Below, one piece after another: positions 35,434 through 43,167 of a stretch of DNA of 64,000 bases (the stretch's first letter is position 1; each line of letters begins with the position of its first letter). Source of the DNA: Candidatus Hinthialibacter antarcticus (GTDB taxonomy: Bacteria > Hinthialibacterota > Hinthialibacteria > Hinthialibacterales > Hinthialibacteraceae). Both the position numbers and the translations under genes were made by a program. The DNA is taken from positions 3,568 to 67,567 of the forward strand of contig JAVCCE010000054.1 of the NCBI GenBank assembly GCA_030765645.1, in the 5' to 3' direction. A model generated the notes under the pieces. It did not search any database and was not told the DNA's origin. It saw nothing but the letters and a program-made list of their open reading frames with translations.

Positions 35434-36813
35434 CTACTGCATTTTGCTAGTGTTGATGTGTTGCCGACCATCTGTTTCAGGGAGTAGAATCCCGAGCGAT
35501 TTAATCTTTCGAAACAGCGTCGTCGGGTGGATGCCCAGCGCTTTGGCTGCTGCCGTGCGGTTGCCGTGATACTGATTGAGCGTGTTGGTGATGTGAATGG
35601 TTTCGAGTTTTTGCAAGGACAAACTCTTTTGATCATTCCATTCATACGCCTTGTTGCTGTCGGTGAGGTACGGAGGCAAATGGGTCGCTTCGATCAAGGG
35701 GCCTCTACAAAGAACGAAGGCGTGTTCGATGATGTTTTCTAATTCTCGAATATTGCCCGGGAACGGATACGTCATAAGAGCAGCCATGACTCTATCTGAT
35801 ACATGAGAAATTGCTTTTTCGTGCACCCGGTTAAACGACGAGATGAAGTGTTGAACTAACAAGGGGATGTCTTCACGACGCTCTCGAAGAGGCGGAATTT
35901 CAATGCGAATCACATTGACGCGATAAAACAAATCTTCACGGAATTTACCCCGGCGCACTAATTGGTGCAAGTCTTTGTTCGATGCAGCAATGACCCGAAC
36001 GTCAACCGTCTGTGACTTGGTTGCGCCAAGAGGCTCAAACGTTTTTTCTTGCAAAAAGCGCAAGAGACGGACTTGCATGGCAGGCGAGACATCACCAATT
36101 TCATCGAGAAAAATCGTCCCGTGGTCCGCTAGAGCAAACCGCCCGGGCTTATCGCGTTTCGCGTCGGTAAACGCCCCCGCTTTATAACCAAACAATTCTG
36201 ATTCAAGCAACGTATCCGGCAGGGCGCCGCAATTGATGGCAATAAACGCCTTGTTGTTTCGGGAGGATAAATGATGAATCGCGCGCGCAAATAATTCTTT
36301 CCCGGTACCGCTTTCACCTATTAGTACAGACGTTGCATCGCTGGCGGCAACTTGTGGGAGCACATCGAAGATTCGCTTCATGCCGGCGCTGTGTCCGACA
36401 ATATCTTCAAAGGAGTATTTCTCGTACAACTTCTTCCGCAGTTCTTCTACTTGGCTTAAATCGCGAAACGTCTCCACCCCGCCGACAACAGCGCCCCGGG
36501 AATTTTTGAGCAAAGCCGTTGAGATACTGATCGGAATCTGGTTGCCTTTCAGGTCGATAATATAGATTGTTCTATTGATGATGGGGGCGCCTGTTTTAAG
36601 GGTATGTTTGAGGGCGCAATGGCTTTCGCAGATACTCGAGCGAAATACCTCACAACAGGGCTTGCCGACAGCGTCTTGGCGTGAAATCCCAATGATTTTT
36701 TCTGCTGCGCGGTTGAATGACGTTACATTCCAGTTGCGATCAACGGTAAATACGCCATCAGCGATAGAATCAAGAATGATGTCGGTTGCGCTGTTTTCTG
36801 GTTGTTCAAACAC
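35434..36813 (-). CDS. Sigma-54-dependent transcriptional activator (bEBP) with N-terminal PAS sensor carrying a Cys-rich motif, and no receiver domain
   Basis: PAS region (ILDSIADGVFTVDRNWNVTSFNRAAEKIIG). Cys cluster GKPCCEVFRSSICESHCALKH. AAA+ sigma-54 interaction domain (GESGTGKELFA, GAFTDA, ESELFGY). C-terminal Fis-type HTH. Confidence 0.85.
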   Translation of the reverse strand: MFEQPENSATDIILDSIADGVFTVDRNWNVTSFNRAAEKIIGISRQDAVGKPCCEVFRSSICESHCALKHTLKTGAPIINRTIYIIDLKGNQIPISISTALLKNSRGAVVGGVETFRDLSQVEELRKKLYEKYSFEDIVGHSAGMKRIFDVLPQVAASDATSVLIGESGTGKELFARAIHHLSSRNNKAFIAINCGALPDTLLESELFGYKAGAFTDAKRDKPGRFALADHGTIFLDEIGDVSPAMQVRLLRFLQEKTFEPLGATKSQTVDVRVIAASNKDLHQLVRRGKFREDLFYRVNVIRIEIPPLRERREDIPLLVQHFISSFNRVHEKAISHVSDRVMAALMTYPFPGNIRELENIIEHAFVLCRGPLIEATHLPPYLTDSNKAYEWNDQKSLSLQKLETIHITNTLNQYHGNRTAAAKALGIHPTTLFRKIKSLGILLPETDGRQHINTSKMQ

Positions 36814-37010
36814 TTTTCTCTCGACAAAAATGTTAAGTGCGATTCAGCATTATATAAATGATGCAACGAATCGAAGGCCGATTCTACTGCTACATCCACA
36901 CATCATTCTGGTAAAACACAAAACGAATCGATATAAGCGATGAAACGCTCCGCTCGACATGAACGGGGCGCTTTCTATTGCACGTCTTTCTCCCAGAAAC
37001 TGACAGTAAA

Positions 37011-37193
37011 TGACAAACCAAATTTGGCATGGATGCGACTCTGGGAGCGCCTGTGCATGAGGGCCTGAAAGCCCGCACTGAAGCGAGCAGAGTGGCGCCC
37101 ATGCCTGATACAGCGAAGGATCAAGGATTTACAAAAAAGTGTCAAAAAAACGAAATCCAATTTGTGATAAAGTATCCAAATACCGGAAGAACC
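37011..37193. repeat. Dispersed intergenic repeat family, copy C (orientation 2, left module truncated)
   Basis: tgacaaaccaaatttggcatggatgcgactctgggagcgcctgtgcatgagggcctgaaagcccgcactgaagcgagcagagtggcgcccatgcctgatacagcgaaggatcaag...ccggaagaacc. The ORF-track ORF 37029..37259 is an artefact. Confidence 0.8.
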
Positions 37194-37354
37194 ATTAAAG
37201 TGTATATAGAGAATCAAGACTTAGAAAAGGAAGATGACTTTCGAATAAGTGAATCGTAAGGCGGAGAAATTGATTGACGTTACTGAAAATCATACTGCAT
37301 CAGGGCTTTTGGCTCGCAAGGCTTCTCAATGGCGTACCCTGGAGGATATTTAGA

Positions 37355-38944
37355 ATGAAAACATTCTGCTGGCTTGTAATTGTTGCGTCTCTGAATTTAT
37401 TTGGCCTAATAACAATTGCCGATGAATTAGAAATTAAACTATTCGATGGCGAGAAATTCTGGGGCGGATGCGTCACCGATGGCCGTGCGATGCCTTATGG
37501 CGAGTCGAAATTTGATCGAGACTTATACGGAGATACTCAAGGCAACCAGGCGCAACCGTTGTTGATATCAAACAAAGGCCGCTATGTTTGGTGCGAAGAG
37601 CCTTTTGAATTTGAATTCGATAATAATCGCCTTACAGTGAAATCAATTGCGGGAAAAATCGAGTCGGGCAAGTCTGGCGATACGCTGCGAGACGCATTCC
37701 TGCATGTAAGCAAAACATACTTTCCAAGCACAGGCGAATTGCCTGATGAACTGCTCTTCATTAAACCCCAATACAACACCTGGATTGAATTAATTTACGA
37801 TCAACGCGAAGGCCGAATTCGCAAATACGCAAACGACATCATCGACAATGGATTTCCGGCAGGGGTGTTGATGATCGACGACAATTGGCAGGAAGACTAT
37901 GGCGTGTGGGATTTTCACCCGGGACGTTTTCAAGACCCAAAAGGGATGATGGAGCATTTGCACGGTCTTGGGTTTAAAGTGATGTTGTGGATTTGTCCGT
38001 ACTTCAGCCCGGACAGCGAAACATTTCGTTTGCTAAACAGAAAACGCTATTTCCTACTGGATGAACGCACGGGCGCCTACTTATGCCGCTGGTGGAACGG
38101 CTATAGCGCCTCGCTTGATCTTACAAACCCGGAAGCGGTGGAGTATTTTCAAAGCCGTCTCAAATATCTGGTCGATGAATATGGCGCCGATGGTTTCAAA
38201 CTCGATGCGGGTGACGCGAGAGCCTATACCGACCCCAATATCATTGCCAATGAAACGATTAACCCAAACGAATTTTCTGAGCGCTGGGCTAAATTGGGAT
38301 TGCCCTTCAAACTGAATGAGTACCGCGCTTGTTGGAAGATGGCGGGACAACCGCTGGCGCAACGGCTTCGGGATAAAGGCCACAACTGGCGCGACCTTGG
38401 TCAACTTGTTCCCGACGCCTTGGCGTTAAGCATAATGGGCTACGCGTTTATATGCCCTGATATGATAGGAGGCGGCGAGTATAGCTACTTCTATAACAAC
38501 CCCGACAAACCACTCGATCAGGAACTGATCGTTCGTTCCGCTCAATGTTCTGCATTGATGCCGATGATGCAATTCTCCGTCGCGCCGTGGCGCGTGTTAA
38601 ACGAAGAAAACATGGCCATCTGTCGCGACATGGCTTTGCTGCATGAGAAGATGGGGCCGGAAATTCTCGCCATCGCCAAAGCATCCGCTGAGTCGGGCGA
38701 ACCCATGGTGCGCCACATGGAATATCAGTATCCCCATCAAGGCTATGCGGAGATTAAGGACCAATTTCTTCTTGGAGAAAACCTACTCATTGCGCCCGTT
38801 CTTGAGAAAGGCGCCCGGACGCGAACCATCGTTTTCCCTGAAGGCAAGTGGCAAGGAGACGACGGAATGGTCGTGCAAGGGCCTAGTACAACAACCGTTG
38901 ATGCGCCGCTCACGCGGCTGCCCTGGTTTAGAAAAATCAACTAA
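37355..38944 (+). CDS. Secreted TIM-barrel glycoside hydrolase, clan GH-D-like (GH31/GH36/GH27-related)
   Basis: Signal peptide from MKTFCWLVIVAS (GGAGG RBS). The motifs GVLMIDDNWQEDYGVWDF, FQDPKGMMEHLHGLGFKVMLWICPYFSP and GADGFKLDAGDA resemble the beta-strand 3/4 regions of clan GH-D alpha-glycosidases. Confidence 0.5.
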   Translation: MKTFCWLVIVASLNLFGLITIADELEIKLFDGEKFWGGCVTDGRAMPYGESKFDRDLYGDTQGNQAQPLLISNKGRYVWCEEPFEFEFDNNRLTVKSIAGKIESGKSGDTLRDAFLHVSKTYFPSTGELPDELLFIKPQYNTWIELIYDQREGRIRKYANDIIDNGFPAGVLMIDDNWQEDYGVWDFHPGRFQDPKGMMEHLHGLGFKVMLWICPYFSPDSETFRLLNRKRYFLLDERTGAYLCRWWNGYSASLDLTNPEAVEYFQSRLKYLVDEYGADGFKLDAGDARAYTDPNIIANETINPNEFSERWAKLGLPFKLNEYRACWKMAGQPLAQRLRDKGHNWRDLGQLVPDALALSIMGYAFICPDMIGGGEYSYFYNNPDKPLDQELIVRSAQCSALMPMMQFSVAPWRVLNEENMAICRDMALLHEKMGPEILAIAKASAESGEPMVRHMEYQYPHQGYAEIKDQFLLGENLLIAPVLEKGARTRTIVFPEGKWQGDDGMVVQGPSTTTVDAPLTRLPWFRKIN

Positions 38945-38996
38945 TCATTCGAGCCGGTTTTCTTAAGATATTTGAGTGTATCATTGTGGATTTTGG

Positions 38997-40142
38997 TTAC
39001 ACTTTTTCCATCGAAAAAAGCAATATATAGCGGTCATCGTTGTGGCGGACTCCAATCATGTTTATCTGGCCGAATGTCGTGAGTAATGATGTAGACAGAT
39101 GAAGATATTTTTTATCAAATTTCTCCGACCCTTCATCTCCATTGTTGTATACATGAATTTCAACCCGAAACGTTTCGTCTTCAGCGACGCCCGACTTACA
39201 TTGCACCTCCACAGCGTAATTATCCCCAAGAATTGTACGAAAGAAGCCGGGTATCGAACTCTCTGCGGCGAGCATTGCTTCCGTTTCAACTTGGTACACT
39301 TCGGTTTTTTGCAATGAGCGAATTATCGAATCGAGTTTTGTTTTTGGAAAAATTTGGCTTAATTCACTGTTTAAATTTTCGATACTTTCTTTCATAAAAT
39401 GATGTTCTTTAATTTTTGAGTCAGAATCAGTATTTTTTGAGGTTCTCACATATTCCGTAATTCGTTCTGCTTCTTGCCGCGTTCTCGCGAACCCATGTAC
39501 TTCAAATTTTGTGATCTTGTCTTCGCGGTCTGTTTCAACCTCACGGAATAATAAATTTTCAAAATTTTCTCTATGATTGATTAGCCAGCGAGGGTATTTG
39601 TTTCTTGTTCGGCCTTCGTCCCAACATTTACCCCAGATCGAAAATTCAAAGGGATAGTTCTTTAATTTTGGATGGATATCACGCTCAACAAACGCCAGGC
39701 GATATAGAACAGGCGCGTCTTCTTTGATTGGGTTTTGAAGTTTCGATAAGAAGTTTTGGATCTGTTTGTGTTCAGCGTCAGTCGCTAAAACAACAATGAA
39801 ATTGTTTTCAACGTCATATTGCACGGGTGAGGTGGGCGAGGGCTGCTCGCTGGTCGTCTCTTTTGTGATTGATGCGCTAGCAATTAATTCATCGTTGATC
39901 GCAGAATCGGGATAGCGAATGGTATGATTGAATGAAATGAATTGAGAAAGAATTTCGACATAACCGGGTTGAAATGTTGAAGGCGCTGTATAGATTCGGA
40001 TCAGTAATTCTTCGGGAACGGAGTCTTCTGGTTTACTGTCTTGCGCAACAGCGTCATTGAATGAAACAATCGGCGCATCATTCATCGTAAAAACGACGAA
40101 ACACAAAAGAAGAACAACGGCAGCGAGAAGCGTCTTCATCAA
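38997..40142 (-). CDS. Hypothetical secreted protein (last gene of the ECF sigma operon)
   Basis: Signal peptide MMKTLLAAVVLLLCFVVFT. No recognisable domain. 4-nt overlap with the upstream anti-sigma-like gene. Confidence 0.4.
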   Translation of the reverse strand: MMKTLLAAVVLLLCFVVFTMNDAPIVSFNDAVAQDSKPEDSVPEELLIRIYTAPSTFQPGYVEILSQFISFNHTIRYPDSAINDELIASASITKETTSEQPSPTSPVQYDVENNFIVVLATDAEHKQIQNFLSKLQNPIKEDAPVLYRLAFVERDIHPKLKNYPFEFSIWGKCWDEGRTRNKYPRWLINHRENFENLLFREVETDREDKITKFEVHGFARTRQEAERITEYVRTSKNTDSDSKIKEHHFMKESIENLNSELSQIFPKTKLDSIIRSLQKTEVYQVETEAMLAAESSIPGFFRTILGDNYAVEVQCKSGVAEDETFRVEIHVYNNGDEGSEKFDKKYLHLSTSLLTTFGQINMIGVRHNDDRYILLFSMEKV

Positions 40143-40576
40143 TATTTCCAGACGACTTGAATATCATCTTCTAAATAGCCATGAATCATAAAACTGCTTT
40201 TCTCTGGCTGATCTGACGATTGATTCGAGATTAAGGTTGGGTGTTCTATTTTGGGAAACAAAGCAACGAGGCCGGGGTCATCGACGATATGTTGCCCCGG
40301 CATCAAGACCGGGCCAGCATATAAGCCTGTCTCTTGTGAGTTTTTATTTAGCATCAAAGAATAACTTGTTCCGATCCCAACGAAGACAATGACGGCTCCC
40401 AACAAAAAAACATTCAATGGTTTGCCAGCGATGCGCCCCCAAAAAGTTCGGCGCGACCAGGATTGTTCGAACAGTCTGCGAAATTGGTTCACTTCGTCAG
40501 AAGAGACGCTTTCATCCAAGGCGGAATCAAACCGTTTCTTCATCTCAAGATTGATTTGATTTTGTATGTCTTTCAT
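40139..40576 (-). CDS. Probable membrane-anchored anti-sigma factor
   Basis: 145 aa with a single TM segment (LNVFLLGAVIVFVGIGTSY). Lies immediately downstream of the ECF sigma factor gene. Confidence 0.5.
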   Translation of the reverse strand: MKDIQNQINLEMKKRFDSALDESVSSDEVNQFRRLFEQSWSRRTFWGRIAGKPLNVFLLGAVIVFVGIGTSYSLMLNKNSQETGLYAGPVLMPGQHIVDDPGLVALFPKIEHPTLISNQSSDQPEKSSFMIHGYLEDDIQVVWKY

Positions 40577-40592
40577 TGCGATTCCCCAGTAG

Positions 40593-41135
40593 CTAAACAG
40601 AAAATTGTTCGCGTAATGACTCCGTGACGCGAAAGACGCGTGTGCGCGCGGTTTTTACCTGGCAATTCATAATTTCTGCAATTTCCTGATATTTCATATC
40701 TTCAAGGTAACGTAGAGAAAAAGCCGTCCGAAAGGCTTCGGGCATGTCTTGGATATGTTGAATGATTTTTTCAAGCCATTCATTTTGCTCGGCATAATGG
40801 ATCGGGATGAGTTGGGCGGGGTATAACAATTGGGTTAACAGGTTTACATCCAAATTTTTCTGTCTTTGTGATCGGCGAATATGGTCGACGCACAGATTAT
40901 AACAAATTGAAGCCGACCATGATTTAAATGAACTGCCTTCTTGATATCTGTTCAAATTCTGAAAAATTTTAAGCCATACTTCCTGGCTTATTTCTTCTGA
41001 TGTGGTTTTGCACAATGTCGTTCGATAGGCAAGGCGGTATAGAAACAACGCATATCGAACAAACAGCTCTTTTCCGGCTGCGGCGTTATTTGTCTTACAC
41101 AGTATTACGAGTTGATCGTCAGTCAGATTGTTCAC
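40593..41135 (-). CDS. ECF-type RNA polymerase sigma-70 family factor
   Basis: Region 2 (QEVWLKIFQNLNRYQEGSSFKSWSASICYNLCVDHIRR) and region 4 (LRYLEDMKYQEIAEIMNCQVKTARTRVFR). Confidence 0.85.
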   Translation of the reverse strand: MNNLTDDQLVILCKTNNAAAGKELFVRYALFLYRLAYRTTLCKTTSEEISQEVWLKIFQNLNRYQEGSSFKSWSASICYNLCVDHIRRSQRQKNLDVNLLTQLLYPAQLIPIHYAEQNEWLEKIIQHIQDMPEAFRTAFSLRYLEDMKYQEIAEIMNCQVKTARTRVFRVTESLREQFSV

Positions 41136-41167
41136 ATTTCACCCTGTAATCGCATCTTCCTATCTAT

Positions 41168-41192
41168 AACGATTCAAGCAAAAAAACGTTCC
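41168..41192 (-). promoter_or_regulatory. Candidate ECF-type promoter for the sigma/anti-sigma operon (autoregulatory); minus strand reads GGAAC-N16-CGTT
   Basis: + strand aacg(41168-41171)...gttcc(41188-41192), which on the minus strand is GGAACgtttttttgcttgaatCGTT, 33-57 nt upstream of the sigma start codon. Shares the 11-mer ggaacgttttt with the divergent promoter. Confidence 0.5.
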
Positions 41193-41227
41193 TAAAAACA
41201 ATAGGTTATAGGAATTTCACATATTTG

Positions 41228-41252
41228 GGAACGTTTTTCTCTCACCAGCGTT
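41228..41252 (+). promoter_or_regulatory. Candidate ECF-type promoter for the TolC-HlyD-ABC efflux operon: GGAAC-N16-CGTT
   Basis: ggaac(41228-41232) gtttttctctcaccag cgtt(41249-41252), 38 nt upstream of ATG 41290. Its -35/spacer start is identical to the minus-strand motif. Confidence 0.5.
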
Positions 41253-41289
41253 TAAGGTAAAGAAATCAAATAGCTGGATTGCGATCTAA

Positions 41290-43167
41290 ATGAATTTTAA
41301 ATTGTGTAACCAATTTTCCGCTTATTTTATTGTTATCTGTTTGTTTGCCGGGTGTTCTACACAACATCACCGTGAATCAGTAGACCGCGCTGCTTACGAA
41401 GCAATACAAGAGTATCAACGAGCCAATCTGGGTGAATCGGAACCGTTTACGGTTGAAAAACCGTCAATCGAATTGCGGCAACGAATCATGCAATCCCAAC
41501 CGATTCAATTTTCTCACCCGGCGTCAATCAACGTGAATCATCTAGAACCGATTGAACACTGGCCCAGCGATGGATATATAACCCCGGCAACGGTTTCTGA
41601 AATCTTAACCGCAGCAACTTCACCCATTTCACTCAACTTAGTTGACGCGCTACAGATTGCTGCGAAAAATAGCCGTGAATACCAAGGCCAAAAAGAGCAA
41701 GTGTTTCAAGAAGCGCTCAATCTTGATCTGCAAGAAGAACAATTTCGCGCCAGTTTTTTTAATGGCATTGACGCGCAGTATGAGAACGACCGGACAGATA
41801 CTGATTCGCCCGATGGAATTGTGACCGAAAATTTTGGCGCGGGTTTCAATCCATCAATTAGCAAGACGTTCTTATCCGGCGCGCAACTCTCCGCCCAATT
41901 GGGTTGGGACCTGGCGATGCTTCTCAGCCCGGGCAGCGTCTCATCAAAATCGTTATTCGGCGACGCTTCGATTACGGTCCCGTTGCTTCGCGGCGCTGGC
42001 CGCCATATTGTTGCAGAGCCTTTGACCCAAGCGCAACGGAATATGGTGTATGCCATTTATGAATTCGAACGCTTCAAGCGGTCATTTGCGGTTTCGATTG
42101 CGGACGAATATTTATCCGTTCTTCAACGCATCGACGAAGTAAAAAATGCTGAGCAAAATTATAAAAGTTTAATTACGTCCGCGCGCCGCGCGCAAATGAA
42201 TTTACGGACAGGAAAAATATCACCTGTTGAAGTCGATCAGGCCTATCAGAACGAATTGTCTGCGCGAAACCGCTGGGTCAGTTCACGCCAAGCGTATGCA
42301 AACGCAATCGACTCGTTTAAGTATGAATTGGGCCTGCCGATTGATGCCTCGATTGAATTAAACCGGGATGAGTTTGTTCGGTTGGCGCAGTCATCTGAAA
42401 CCATTATTGCAGGCGCCACCTCGTTACAACGAGATGAAGAAGTGCCTCCTGCGGACGCGCCGATTGTGTTGCAGGAGCCGACGAGCCGTAACGCAGGTAA
42501 GATGGAGATCGAACCAATCGAAGCGATCCGGTTGGCATTTGAAAACCGCTTGGATTTAAGGACGGTGCAGGGCCGCGTATATGACGCTCAACGAAAAGTT
42601 GTCGTTGCAGCGGACGGGCTCAGACCGGAGATCACATTGTTTGGAAGCGTATCAACCGGACAAAGCCGCGGCATCGGTTCTGCTGACCGCGCTGATTCAC
42701 AAGTGTTAGATTTGGGCCGCGGCCTTTATTCCGCGCTACTCACCGTAGACTTGCCCACAGAGCGAACTCGCGAGGCCATCGAGTTTAGACGAAGTTACAT
42801 TGACCTAGAGCGCTCGGTGCGCGACCTGCAAGAACTCGAGGGGCGCATCAAACTTGATATTCGAAATCAGTTACGAATTTTGGTCGATGCTCGAGAGAGT
42901 CTGCGTATTCAAGTTCTCTCCGTTAACCTCGCTGAGCAACGCGTTCAAAGCACCGAATTATTTATGGAAGCCGGGCGGATCGAAATTCGAGATCTATTAG
43001 ACGCGCAAGAAGACCTTTTGTCCGCTCAAAATGCTTTAACATCAGCAATGGTGAACTACCGGATTACCGAACTCGAATTGCAACGCGACCTAGGCGTGTT
43101 AAAAGTCAACCACGAAGGAATCTGGCAAGAATACAACCCGGAGATGAATTCCAATGAGTCAAGTTAA
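41290..43167 (+). CDS. Outer membrane efflux protein (TolC-like OMF) lipoprotein
   Basis: Lipobox LFAGCST. Two-repeat OEP architecture with long coiled coils. Confidence 0.75.
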   Translation: MNFKLCNQFSAYFIVICLFAGCSTQHHRESVDRAAYEAIQEYQRANLGESEPFTVEKPSIELRQRIMQSQPIQFSHPASINVNHLEPIEHWPSDGYITPATVSEILTAATSPISLNLVDALQIAAKNSREYQGQKEQVFQEALNLDLQEEQFRASFFNGIDAQYENDRTDTDSPDGIVTENFGAGFNPSISKTFLSGAQLSAQLGWDLAMLLSPGSVSSKSLFGDASITVPLLRGAGRHIVAEPLTQAQRNMVYAIYEFERFKRSFAVSIADEYLSVLQRIDEVKNAEQNYKSLITSARRAQMNLRTGKISPVEVDQAYQNELSARNRWVSSRQAYANAIDSFKYELGLPIDASIELNRDEFVRLAQSSETIIAGATSLQRDEEVPPADAPIVLQEPTSRNAGKMEIEPIEAIRLAFENRLDLRTVQGRVYDAQRKVVVAADGLRPEITLFGSVSTGQSRGIGSADRADSQVLDLGRGLYSALLTVDLPTERTREAIEFRRSYIDLERSVRDLQELEGRIKLDIRNQLRILVDARESLRIQVLSVNLAEQRVQSTELFMEAGRIEIRDLLDAQEDLLSAQNALTSAMVNYRITELELQRDLGVLKVNHEGIWQEYNPEMNSNESS

